A DNA stretch of 64,000 nucleotides from an uncultured Gemmatimonadales bacterium (GTDB lineage Bacteria > Gemmatimonadota > Gemmatimonadetes > Longimicrobiales > Gaopeijiaceae). The position numbers and the translations under genes are program-made. Under the pieces are notes generated by a model that saw only the letters and a program-made list of their open reading frames with translations, ran no database searches and had not been told where the DNA came from. The stretch lies in the NCBI GenBank assembly GCA_963823035.1, contig CAWGKG010000014.1, positions 384,001 through 448,000 on the forward strand, read 5' to 3'. Below, piece after piece: positions 41,795-51,703 of this stretch (the first letter of the stretch is position 1; each line of letters starts with the position of its first letter).

Positions 41795-43558
41795 CTACGA
41801 CCTCACGCCGGGGATCGGTTCCAGGCTCACCCGCGACGGGCGCAGGTTGCGGCCGATCCAGATGAAGCAGAGCATCGCCACGATCAACAGCACGACGCCC
41901 CGACCCGTCGCGCCGAAGATGATCTGCCCGACGCCGAACAGCGACGAGTAGACCGACGCCACGCCGGCAACCCAGTTCGTCCAGTTGAGCGGGCCGCCGT
42001 CGACCGGCTCTCCGCCGAGCGCGAGTCCGGCGGAGATGCGCGCCCACCCCCTCCCCCCGGGACGCACCTTGAGGTAGAAGGCCCGCAGCACCTTCTCCTC
42101 CTCCGGGCGCGTCGCGAAGGTCACCACCAGCCACACCACCGTGCTCGCGCCGACCGTGGCGAGCATGATCCACGCCCACTGGACGGGATCGTCCGGGTCG
42201 AGGCCGGCCCCGAACCAGAGCACGAGGCTCACCACCAGCGAGGCGATCATCGCGCTGATCTCGCTCCACGCGTTGATGCGCCACCAGTACCAGCGCAGAA
42301 TGAGCACGAGCCCGGTGCCGGCGCCGATCGCGAGGAGAAAGCGCCACGCTCCCTCGATCGACGTGAGGAAGTACGTCACCACGAGAGAGGCGGCCATCAG
42401 GAAGAGCGTGGCCAGCCTCGAGGCCCGCACGAGCTCGCGGTCCGCGAGCCCGGGCCGCAGGAAACGCGCGTACAGGTCGTTGACCAGGTAGCTCGCACCC
42501 CAGTTGAGCTGCGTGGAGATGGTGGACATATAGGCGGCCGCGAAGCCCGCGAGCACCAGCCCGGTGAGGCCGGGCGGGAGGAGATCGGTCACCGCCCGGA
42601 TGTAGCCCTCGCGCGGGTTGTCGAGCCCGGGATAGAGGATCGTGGAGGCGAGCGCCACCAGGATCCACGGCCAGGGGCGGATGGCGTAGTGCGCGACGTT
42701 GAACCAGAGCGTGGCCAGCACGCCGTCGCGCTCGGTGCGCGCGCTGAAGATGCGCTGCGCAATGTAGCCGCCGCCGCCCGGCTCCGCCCCCGGGTACCAG
42801 CTTGCCCACCAGTTCACGCCCAGGTACACGGCCATCGTGATGGCCGGCATCCAGGTGGCACTCTCGCGCGGGAGCATCGCCAGCGCCGCGTCCGAGCTGC
42901 CGTACACCGACTCGAGGCCCACCTGCATCCCGGCGATGCCGCCCACCGCGTGGACGGCGAAGATCGCGAGGATGACGGCGCCCCCGATGGCGAGGCCGAA
43001 CTGGAAGAAGTCCGTGACGACCACGCCCCACAGCCCGGCCATGACCGAGTACGCGGCGGCAAGCAGGAAGCAGACGAGGAGCGCGGCCCACTGGCTGATG
43101 CCGAGCGTGATGCTCACGATCTCCATCATCGCGAGGTTCACCCACCCCATGATGATGAGGTTGATCGGCAGCGCGAGGTAGGCTGCACGGAAGCCACGCA
43201 GGAGGGCCGCGGGCTTGCCGCCGTAGCGAAGCTCGGTGAACTCGACGTCCGTGATCACGCCGGCGCGTCGCCACAGCCGCGCGTAGAAGAACACGGTGAG
43301 TATCCCGCTCATCACCATGTTCCACCACAGCCAGTTCCCCGCCACGCCGTGCTTGGCAACCATCTCCGTGACGGCCAGCGGCGTATCCGCCGCGAAGGTG
43401 GTGGCCACCATGGAGGTGCCCGCCAGCCACCACGGCAGCGCCCGCCCTCCCACGAAGTAGTCGGAGAGCGAGCGCCCCGCCCTCTTCGACAGCGCCAGGC
43501 CGATCGCCGCGGCGAAGACGAAGTACAGGGCGATGATCACCCAATCGAGTGCGGTCAA
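41795..43558 (-). CDS. Sodium:solute symporter
   Basis: YFVGGRALPWWLAGTSMVATTFAADTP, AAYMSTIST; TTG start overlaps the upstream stop. Confidence 0.9.
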   Translation of the reverse strand: MTALDWVIIALYFVFAAAIGLALSKRAGRSLSDYFVGGRALPWWLAGTSMVATTFAADTPLAVTEMVAKHGVAGNWLWWNMVMSGILTVFFYARLWRRAGVITDVEFTELRYGGKPAALLRGFRAAYLALPINLIIMGWVNLAMMEIVSITLGISQWAALLVCFLLAAAYSVMAGLWGVVVTDFFQFGLAIGGAVILAIFAVHAVGGIAGMQVGLESVYGSSDAALAMLPRESATWMPAITMAVYLGVNWWASWYPGAEPGGGGYIAQRIFSARTERDGVLATLWFNVAHYAIRPWPWILVALASTILYPGLDNPREGYIRAVTDLLPPGLTGLVLAGFAAAYMSTISTQLNWGASYLVNDLYARFLRPGLADRELVRASRLATLFLMAASLVVTYFLTSIEGAWRFLLAIGAGTGLVLILRWYWWRINAWSEISAMIASLVVSLVLWFGAGLDPDDPVQWAWIMLATVGASTVVWLVVTFATRPEEEKVLRAFYLKVRPGGRGWARISAGLALGGEPVDGGPLNWTNWVAGVASVYSSLFGVGQIIFGATGRGVVLLIVAMLCFIWIGRNLRPSRVSLEPIPGVRS

Positions 43559-46500
43559 GAAGCGGGCTCCCGCTCGTGGACGGGCTGATCGGTGATGGAC
43601 AGCACGGCCGCGTCGGCCACGGCGCGGCGTAGCGGGATGTGCTTCTGGTTGTCCCGCGTGGGATGCACGCGATTGGTCAGCAGGATGATCCACACGTCGA
43701 GGTCGGGGTCCATCCAGATCGACGTGCCGGTGAAGCCCGTATGGCCGAAGGCGTCGGGCGTGACGTAGTCACCCCCCGAGGAGCCCTCGGAGGGGGTGTC
43801 CCACCCGAGCGCGCGGCTGGACTCCGCGTCCCAGCGCCGGGTGAACTCGTGGAGCACGTCCGGGTCGAGGAGACGCACGTCCGTCGGCCGCGCCACCGGG
43901 CAGGGTATGCCCGGCGGGTCACCCGGAGCGCAGGCCGGCGCCACGCCGCCGTTCAGCATCAGGCTCGCGAAGACGGAAAGGTCGACGGCTGTCGAGAAGA
44001 GGCCGGCGTGGCCGGCGACCCCGCCCATGGCGTCGGCGTTCTCGTCGTGCACGCGGCCCCACACCATCTCGTGCCGCCAGAGCGTGTCCATCTCCGTGGC
44101 GGCGATGCGGGGCTTGAGCGACGCCTCCGGGTTGTACTCGGTGTCGAGCATGCCGAGCGGACCGAAGACGTGCTCCTGGAGCCACGCGTCCTGCGGCTCG
44201 CCGGTGATCGACTCCATGATCCACGACAGCGTCATGATGCCGATGTCGGAGTAGACGGTCCTGGTGCCCGGGTCGGACTCGAGCGCCTGATCGGCGGCCG
44301 CGTCCTTGTAGGCCTGCTTTCCCGCGTGGTCGAAGAACCACTGCTTGAAGGCCGGGAGGCCCGTGCGGTGCAACAGGAGCTGGCGGACGGTGACGTCGTC
44401 CTTCCGCGCGTCGCCCCGCGACCACCAGGGGAGGTAGTCCACGACGTGCGCATCGAGGTCCAGCCGACCGTCCTGGACGAGCATGATCGCCTCGGTGGTG
44501 GTGCCCACCACCTTCGAGACCGACGCCATGTCCCAGATGGAGGTGGGCGTCGCGGGCCGTCCGCTCCCGTACGCCAGCTCACCGTACCCGGCGAGCTTCA
44601 CGATCCGGCCGTGCCGCCCGATGGCCACGGCCGCGCCGCTCGCGGCCGAGTCGGCGAGCGCGTCACGGATGATGTCGTCGATACGCGCCAGCTTCGACGG
44701 GTCCATCCCGAGGGTCGCGGGATCGGCCACGGTCGCCGGAGCCTCCGCGGAGCCGGAGCGACGCTCCCGTCCGACGATGCCCGCCGCGACCAGGGGGTCC
44801 TCCACGGCGACGCGCTGCGTGTAGTCGGCCACCTTCGCGCGGTCGAGACCCTCGCCGATCGCGTGGAACGGGGGCAGCGGGATCGGCAGCCTGCCCGTGA
44901 TCGCCTCCTCGCCGAACAGCGCCTTCAACGCCGCGCGCTGGCTCACCTCGCGGTCGCCCCAGGCGAGGAGGTACGAGCCGACCGTCGGGAAGGCCTTCAA
45001 GAGGTACGGGTTGCCGAACGAGAGGAGCACCGTGGGCTTCGTCCGGACGACGTCCGCCACCAGCCGCCGCAGCGGCTCCGGCACCGACTGCTCCCCCGAG
45101 CCCGCGGAGGGGGGAACGTACGCGCTCACGATCACGCGGTCGTTGCGCCCGACCGCGTCGTGGACGGCGGCGTAGACCGCGCTGTCGCTGCGTTCGTCCA
45201 GGCTCCAGCTCTCCACGGAGGGGACGCGGTCCGCCAGGTCGGCCGCGAACGCCCGACCCGCCCATATCCAGGTGGAGGGCGCGTAGCGCACGTGCAGAAC
45301 GCGGCCGGCCGAGGACGCGGGGATCGGGACGAGCTGCTCGGCGTCGCGCGCGAGCGTGATCGAGCGGGTCGCCGCCGTGTCGGCGAAAGCGAGATGGGCA
45401 CCCGTGCCGACCTTCTGGTCCACCTCGTCGAGCGACGTCAGGCGGTGCTCGTTCAGGCCGAGGCGGGCCTTCGATCTCCAGGATCCGCCGGACCGACGCA
45501 TCCACGCGGGCCTCGCTGACCCGGCCGGAGCGGACCGCGGCGACGACGGCGTCGATGGCCGCGGGAACGTCCTTGGGAGAGAGAAGCACGTCGGCGCCGG
45601 CTTCCAGGGCGCGCACGGACGCCTCGCCGATGCCGTACCCCTCCGTGATCGCGCCCATCGTGAGCGCGTCCGTGAACAGGAGGCCGTCGAAGCCCAGGTC
45701 GGCGCGCAGAAGCCCCGTGAGAACCTCCGGGGAGAGTGTGGCGGGCGGAGATCCCTCGCCCAGGAGCCCCGGCATCTGGACGTGGGCGGTCATGATCGCG
45801 TCCACGCCCTCGGCGATCGCGCGCTCGAAGGGGACCAGCTCGACCGAGTCGAGGCGCGCGCGGTCGCCCGTCACGACGGGGAGGCCGACGTGCGAATCGA
45901 CGTCCGTGTCACCGTGGCCCGGGAAGTGTTTGGCGGTGGCGAGCGCGCCGCCGGCGTGGGCGCCCCGGATGAAGGCGGCCCCGAGGCGCGCGACCAGCGC
46001 GGGGTCGGCGCCGAAGGAGCGGGTGGCGATGACCGGGTTGTCCGGATTCGAGTTGACGTCGAGCACGGGCGCGAAGAGGACGTGCACGCCTACCGCCCGG
46101 GCCTCCTCGGCCGTGATGAGTCCGTACTCATAGGCGAAGCGATCGTCTCCGATCGCGCCGAACGCCATGGTGGGCGGGAACTGCGTGCCGCCACCAGCCG
46201 GAAGCATCGACGGCAGGGCATACGCGCCATTGATGCGCATCCCGGGGCCGCCGTTCTCGAAGTCGGCGCACACGAGCAGCGGGATCTTCGCGAGCTCCTG
46301 GAGCGCGTTGAGCTTGGCCACGTACGCATGCGGCGTGCCGATGCTCGGGCTGATGCCGCCGATCTCGTCGTGGACGACCCAATTCTCGAGCGGCTTGAAG
46401 TCCGGCGCGGAGGGCGAGACGTAGCCGCCCGGCATCCACTCGATGACGAGCTGCGCGACCTTCTCCCGCAGCGACAGGGAGGCGAGCGTCTCCGCGACCC

Positions 46501-46615
46501 AGCCACCGGGGGCAGGCGTCCGGTCCGGAGACCGGGGCGCGCCCCCGCCGCAGGCGCCGAGCGCGAGGAGGAGGCCCGAGGCCAGGAGCTGCTTCTGTCG
46601 TCTAGTTCCCACCAA
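43555..46615 (-). CDS. GH3 beta-N-acetylhexosaminidase fused to a C-terminal serine hydrolase (NagZ-AmiE-like); frameshift near 45475
   Basis: LGAC lipobox; ADFENG, KHFPGHGDTDVDSH, TDALTM; then ASVSK, YSD, GHAGLF, FGHTGFTG. Confidence 0.88.
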
Positions 46616-48572
46616 TCACCGTCTTCTGGGGCATCTGGATGCCGTCGCCGATCGCCGCGAAGCCAGGAATTCGAGTCGGGGTGCGTCCCTCGATCGGGAA
46701 GTCCCCGAAGAGCGCTCCCGCCGCCGCCCGCTGGCTGGACCGCGAGCCGCTCCAGGCCAGCATGTAGGCCTGAACGTCGGGAAACTCGGTGATAAGGTAC
46801 GGGTTGCCGAACGAAACGACGATGTGGGGGACGTTCGCCCTGGCCAGCCCCTCCACGAAGTCCGACACCTCCTTCGGGACGGCCACGGACCCCGAGTACG
46901 AGACCGCGGTCACGTACGTGCTGACCACCACCAGGGACGACTGTCGCGCCTGGCGCATCAGCCCCTCGTAGAGCGCCACGCTCGCGTCGCGGTCGAGCTC
47001 CACGGTGGACAGGCGCGGGTAGGTGGAGCGCAGACGCTGGTTGAAGTAGCGGCCGGCGAGGACGTCGCTCGACCGCCGGAAGCTGATCGACAGCACCCGC
47101 GCGCTCCGCGTGCCCCGGAGCGGGAGGAGGTCCCCGCCGTTGCGGAGTAGCGTGATCGAGCGGCGTGCGATCTCGTCGGCGACCTCGGCGTGGGCCGGAA
47201 TGCCGACCACGGCAGGAATCACGGCCAGGTCGACCTCACGGTCCACGTTCAGCCCGAGCGATTCCTTCGTGTCCAGGAGCCGTCTCACGCTCTGGTCGAT
47301 CCGGGATTCGGGGATGCGTCCGCTCTGCACCGCGTCGACGATGCCGTTCAGCGCGCCCTCGACGGACGCCGGCATGAGGATGACGTCGGCGCCGGCCTCC
47401 ACGGCGCGTGTCGCGGCCTCCCCCGAGCCGAGGCGGCCGGAGATCGCCGCCATGTCCATCGCGTCCGTGAAGACGATCCCGTCGAAGCCCATCTCGTCGC
47501 GGAGCAGCCCCGTGAGGACCGGGGCCGAGAGCGTCGCGGGCGTGCCGTTCCCCCCGTTCAGGGCCGGCACGGTGATGTGGGCGGTCATGATGCCGCCGAT
47601 ACCCGCGGCGATCGCCGCCCTGAAGGGCTCGAGCTCGACCGAGTCCATCCGGGCCCGGGAGACGTCGATGGTCGGGAGGGACAGATGCGAGTCCGTGCCC
47701 GTGTCGCCGTGGCCCGGGAAGTGCTTCCCGGTCGCGATCCCACCGTTCTCCTGGACGCCGCGCACGAAGGAGGCGCCCATGCGCGCGACCAGATCCGGGT
47801 CCTCGCCGAAGGAGCGGACGTTGATGATCGGGTTGTCCGGGTTGTTGTTCACGTCCAGCACGGGCGCGAACGGTACCTCGATGCCGACCGCACGGGCCTC
47901 CAGTGCGGTGATCGCGCCCATCCGGTAGGCGAGCGCGGTGTCGCGGGTCGCGCCGAGAGCCATCAGGGTCGGGAAGTTGGTCGCCCCGCCCAGCTCGATC
48001 GTTCCGGGCATGAAGACGGCGCCCCACATGCGGAAGCCGGCGCCGGTCTCGAGGTCGGCCGCGACGAGGAGCGGGACGGTCGCGTGGCGTTGCATGTCGT
48101 TGATCTTGGCCGCCACCTCGGTGGGCTGGCCGACCGACATGATCACCCCGCCGATCGCCTGGTCGCGGATCAGGCCCACGATGCGCTCGTGGCTCGGGGA
48201 GCCCTCGGGCGCGAAGTCGCCGATGACCCAAGGCATCATCATCTGCCCGACCTTCTCCCGCAGCGACAGCCCCCCGAGCGTGCGATCCGCCCACGACTCC
48301 GCGTCGGGGAGCGGCTCGGGCCGCGGCTCCTCCTCCGGCGTGGGCGCCAGCGCCTCGGGCTGGGTCGGCGGGGGAAAGCTGTCGGCGACGGCTTCGGTCG
48401 CCTCCGGACCGGCGAAGGCGGGAGAGGGTCCACCGCCCGATGACGGCAGCGGCCCTCCACACCCCGCGAAGGCGAGGATCGCGAGCCAACGCGCCGCGTT
48501 CCTGGGGCTCTTGCGGGCGGGCAGGCGCGGGGGCCACGGGGTGGTCAGGGGGTCCTCCATCGGGGTGGGCAA
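46602..48572 (-). CDS. GH3 beta-N-acetylhexosaminidase lipoprotein (NagZ-like)
   Basis: FAGC lipobox; ADLETG, KHFPGHGDTGTDSH, TDAMDM, SFGNPY; start codon uncertain. Confidence 0.9.
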   Translation of the reverse strand: MPTPMEDPLTTPWPPRLPARKSPRNAARWLAILAFAGCGGPLPSSGGGPSPAFAGPEATEAVADSFPPPTQPEALAPTPEEEPRPEPLPDAESWADRTLGGLSLREKVGQMMMPWVIGDFAPEGSPSHERIVGLIRDQAIGGVIMSVGQPTEVAAKINDMQRHATVPLLVAADLETGAGFRMWGAVFMPGTIELGGATNFPTLMALGATRDTALAYRMGAITALEARAVGIEVPFAPVLDVNNNPDNPIINVRSFGEDPDLVARMGASFVRGVQENGGIATGKHFPGHGDTGTDSHLSLPTIDVSRARMDSVELEPFRAAIAAGIGGIMTAHITVPALNGGNGTPATLSAPVLTGLLRDEMGFDGIVFTDAMDMAAISGRLGSGEAATRAVEAGADVILMPASVEGALNGIVDAVQSGRIPESRIDQSVRRLLDTKESLGLNVDREVDLAVIPAVVGIPAHAEVADEIARRSITLLRNGGDLLPLRGTRSARVLSISFRRSSDVLAGRYFNQRLRSTYPRLSTVELDRDASVALYEGLMRQARQSSLVVVSTYVTAVSYSGSVAVPKEVSDFVEGLARANVPHIVVSFGNPYLITEFPDVQAYMLAWSGSRSSQRAAAGALFGDFPIEGRTPTRIPGFAAIGDGIQMPQKTVIGGN

Positions 48573-48733
48573 CTCCGCAACGATCTAACCCGTGCCGCCG
48601 CCGCGGTTCCGGCCACGAGGCACAGGCGGTATCGACGTTGACGGGGTCGTTCGGGAGCCCGAACCTTGGCCGCACGAGCCGCACCGTGCAAGCGTCCCGA
48701 CGCGTGCCCCATCTCATCGATCGGTAGAAGCCC

Positions 48734-50065
48734 ATGAATCGAAGACTCACGCTCGCGGCCGTCGCTACGTTGGCCGCCGCCGTCGCATGTCGCGCACCGG
48801 CCGCCACCTCCGCGCCCAGACCGGCCGCCACCTCCGCGCGCGGACCGGCCGAGCCTCCTCCGACCACCCCGGACGAGCTCGCGGCTCTGTGGGACACGCT
48901 GGCGGTCCCCGGACTCGAGGATCGCACGTTCGACCACGACACGTACTGGGGTGTGATGGCACCGTACGTCGGCGGGTCGGTCACGTCCGAGGTGGTGGGC
49001 CGAAGCGCCGAGGGGCGGGACATCCGGCACCTGACGTACGGGACGGGTCCGGTCACCGTACTCCTCTGGTCCCAGATGCACGGGGACGAGAGCACGGCCT
49101 CCATGGCGCTGGTCGACATCGTGCGCTTCTTCCACGAGCGGCCGGACGCCCCGTTGGCTCGGCGGATCGCGGAGGGCGCCACCCTCCATATCATCCCCAT
49201 GCTCAACCCCGACGGCGCCGAACGCTTCCGGCGACGCAACGCCCAGGGGATCGACGTGAACCGCGATGCCCGCAGGCTGCAGACGCCCGAGGGGAAGCTG
49301 CTCAAGCGCATGAGCGACGAGCTGCACCCCGAGTTCGGCTTCAACCTCCACGATCAGAACGCCGCCGTGCGCGTGGGAGACTCCGACCGCGGCGTGGCGA
49401 TCGCGCTGCTCGCCCCGGCCTTCGATGAAGCGCGCGACGTGGACGCCAAACGGCGTAGGGCGATGCAGGTGGCGTCCCTCCTCGTCGACCTCATGGATCC
49501 GCTCGTCCATGGCCACATCGCCAAGTACGACGACACCTTCAACCCCCGAGCCTTCGGCGACCTGATCGGTGCCTGGGGGGCAAGCACGGTGCTCATCGAA
49601 TCGGGTGCGTGGGCCGACGACCCGCAGAAGCAGTACCTGAGGAAGACGAACTTCGTCGGGATCCTCGAGGCGCTCGACGGCATCGCCACCGACCGCTACG
49701 CCGACTACGACACCTCCCTCTACGACAGCCTGCGCTACAACGGTCGGCGCGTACCCGACCTTCTCATCACCGGGGGCACGATCGCGGTGCCCGGCCTCCC
49801 CGAGCTCCAGGCCGACCTGCTCGTGAGCTACGAGCAGCCGCTCCTGAAGGAGGGTGGACGCATCTCCGACATCGGAGACATGGGTGAGTCGGAGGCGCAG
49901 GACACCCTGGACGTGAGCGGCCTGTACCTGATCCCCATGCGCGAGGCGCGCGATTCCCTGGGCGGTATCGACACGGGGCTGCCCGCGCGGTTCATCGTGG
50001 CGGAGGACCCGGCGGGCGCGAGGGTACGCTTCCGCTTCGAGGGAGGGCCGCCGAGGGAGCGGTAG
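48734..50065 (+). CDS. M14 family zinc carboxypeptidase lipoprotein
   Basis: AVAC lipobox; MHGDE, LNPDG, DVNRD, NLHDQ, LIESG. Confidence 0.88.
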   Translation: MNRRLTLAAVATLAAAVACRAPAATSAPRPAATSARGPAEPPPTTPDELAALWDTLAVPGLEDRTFDHDTYWGVMAPYVGGSVTSEVVGRSAEGRDIRHLTYGTGPVTVLLWSQMHGDESTASMALVDIVRFFHERPDAPLARRIAEGATLHIIPMLNPDGAERFRRRNAQGIDVNRDARRLQTPEGKLLKRMSDELHPEFGFNLHDQNAAVRVGDSDRGVAIALLAPAFDEARDVDAKRRRAMQVASLLVDLMDPLVHGHIAKYDDTFNPRAFGDLIGAWGASTVLIESGAWADDPQKQYLRKTNFVGILEALDGIATDRYADYDTSLYDSLRYNGRRVPDLLITGGTIAVPGLPELQADLLVSYEQPLLKEGGRISDIGDMGESEAQDTLDVSGLYLIPMREARDSLGGIDTGLPARFIVAEDPAGARVRFRFEGGPPRER

Positions 50066-50104
50066 CGCCGGCCGCGGCAGTCCCACCCCGACATTCCGAT
50101 TGTC

Positions 50105-50172
50105 CCTCTGCGTCCTCAGCGTCCTCTGTGGTGAAACTGCTGTTACCACAGAGGACGCTGAGGACGCAGAGG
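50105..50172. repeat. Perfect 28-bp-stem hairpin (left flank of the GxxExxY gene)
   Basis: CCTCTGCGTCCTCAGCGTCCTCTGTGGT (50105-50132) / 12-nt loop / ACCACAGAGGACGCTGAGGACGCAGAGG (50145-50172). Confidence 0.95.
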
Positions 50173-50179
50173 AACGTCG

Positions 50180-50602
50180 ATGAAGGGGGAAGGCATCACG
50201 GAGCTGAACGAGCTGACCGCAGAGATCATCGGGGCCGGGATGACCGTCCACACCGAGCTTGGACCCGGTCTGCTCGAATCCGCCTACGAGACCTGCCTGG
50301 CGTTGGAGCTGTCCGGACGAGGATTGTCCTTCGAGCGCCAGTGGGAGGTGCCGGTCCGGTACAAAGGCGCCCCCGTGGCCGTGGGGTATCGCGTGGACCT
50401 GCTGGTGGAGGACAGGGTGATCGTCGAGCTCAAGTCGGTCACACAGCTTGCGCCGATCCACGAGGCGCAGGTGTTGACGTACCTGAGACTCTCGGGGCGC
50501 CCGCTCGGACTGCTGATCAACTTCAACGTCCAACGGCTGAAGGATGGGATCCGCCGCCTGATCTTGACGCCGTCTCTGCGTCCTCTGCGAACTCCGTGGT
50601 GA
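50180..50602 (+). CDS. GxxExxY protein (PD-(D/E)XK nuclease superfamily)
   Basis: GPGLLESAY, YRVDLLVEDRVIVELKSV, QVLTYL, GLLINF. Confidence 0.95.
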   Translation: MKGEGITELNELTAEIIGAGMTVHTELGPGLLESAYETCLALELSGRGLSFERQWEVPVRYKGAPVAVGYRVDLLVEDRVIVELKSVTQLAPIHEAQVLTYLRLSGRPLGLLINFNVQRLKDGIRRLILTPSLRPLRTPW

Positions 50603-50641
50603 AAACTGTTCTCACCACAGAGGACGCAGAGGTACGCAGAG
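50574..50641. repeat. Second copy of the hairpin (right flank of the GxxExxY gene)
   Basis: CTCTGCGTCCTCTGCGAACTCCGTGGTGA (50574-50602) / 9-nt loop / TCACCACAGAGGACGCAGAGGTACGCAGAG (50612-50641); 3 mismatches and 1 bulge. Confidence 0.93.
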
Positions 50642-50695
50642 GAACTGATTTGTTGGGGGGCGGCGGCTCACCTACCGCGGGGCGGGCGCCCCTCC

Positions 50696-51703
50696 CTATC
50701 GCACGGGAAACCTGAACACCGTCCCGATGTCGGGAAGCCAGCTCTCTCCGTCGAACACCCGGGCCAGCCGGTCCTGGAAGTGTCCGATGTCGGTGAGCAT
50801 GATCGACCGGGTCGGGCGTTCGGGCGGCACGAAGAAGTTCTCCCAGTGGCCGAGCAGCACCCAGCGCGGCCGCAGGTTCTGGACGAAGGCTTCGGGGTCC
50901 CAGTTCACCTGGTCGAAGGTGGCGGGCACCAGGATCGCTACGTCGACGGGCCGGTCCTGCATGAGGGCTTCGGGGGCCAGGCCCCTGGGGTAGGCGGCCA
51001 CCGCGTCCTGGTAGTAGATGCGGAAGGCCACCGTGCCGTCGGGATCGAGGAAGTCCACCAGGAAGGCGTAGGTGGGCCCGTCCAACCATTCCGTCGCCCA
51101 CCGCGGCTCCTCTCGGAGGGGGTGGTCGCGCGTTCCGCTGTACAACTCGTAGCCGTCGAAGTGGGGGCCGTGATCAGACAGGAGGGCCATCACCCGCACG
51201 CCCTTCCCCACCTCGATCCACCGCCCGACGTGGTCGACGTCGCCGGCGAGGTCGTTCACCACCGTGACGCGGTCCGTCACCCCGCTCCAGTCGCCGAGCG
51301 TGTACTTCGTGGTCCAGCTGCCGAGGATGCGTGCGCGGGGCGCCCACCTGCGCGCCACCTGGGGCACGTCCATGAGGTGGTCGTAGTGCGCGTGACCCAC
51401 CAGGATGGCCAACGCTCGCGACACGTCGTAGGGCGCCATGTGGCGGTTCACGCCCGCGGTGTCGGAGTGGATCTCGGCCAGGCCGGTACGTACGAACGAC
51501 GGGTTCGAAAAGAGGGGGGCCGCCACCACCTGCGCGTCCCCGCGCTCCATGATCCAACCGCCCACGCCGAGGTAGGTGAGCCGCACCACGTCGGAGGCCC
51601 CCGTGGGCGCCACGTCCACCCGTCCGGATACGCCGGGCTCCATCGCATGCCAGCACCCGGCCGTCACCACCGTCGAGAGGGCGATCACGACCCCTCGGCG
51701 CAT
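50696..51703 (-). CDS. MBL-fold metallo-hydrolase lipoprotein
   Basis: TAGC lipobox; YLGVGGW, GHAHYDHLMD, GHWENFF; fused to dat in the ORF track only through a frameshift. Confidence 0.82.
   Translation of the reverse strand: MRRGVVIALSTVVTAGCWHAMEPGVSGRVDVAPTGASDVVRLTYLGVGGWIMERGDAQVVAAPLFSNPSFVRTGLAEIHSDTAGVNRHMAPYDVSRALAILVGHAHYDHLMDVPQVARRWAPRARILGSWTTKYTLGDWSGVTDRVTVVNDLAGDVDHVGRWIEVGKGVRVMALLSDHGPHFDGYELYSGTRDHPLREEPRWATEWLDGPTYAFLVDFLDPDGTVAFRIYYQDAVAAYPRGLAPEALMQDRPVDVAILVPATFDQVNWDPEAFVQNLRPRWVLLGHWENFFVPPERPTRSIMLTDIGHFQDRLARVFDGESWLPDIGTVFRFPVR

Noticed and set aside
48796..48850. Tandem ACCGGCCGCCACCTCCGCGC repeat
   Set aside because: Encodes PAATSA twice in a lipoprotein linker; ordinary
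50105..50643. CRISPR array or IS terminal repeats
   Set aside because: Only two units, separated by a gene; no spacers or cas genes; no DDE/HUH transposase and no clear target-site duplication
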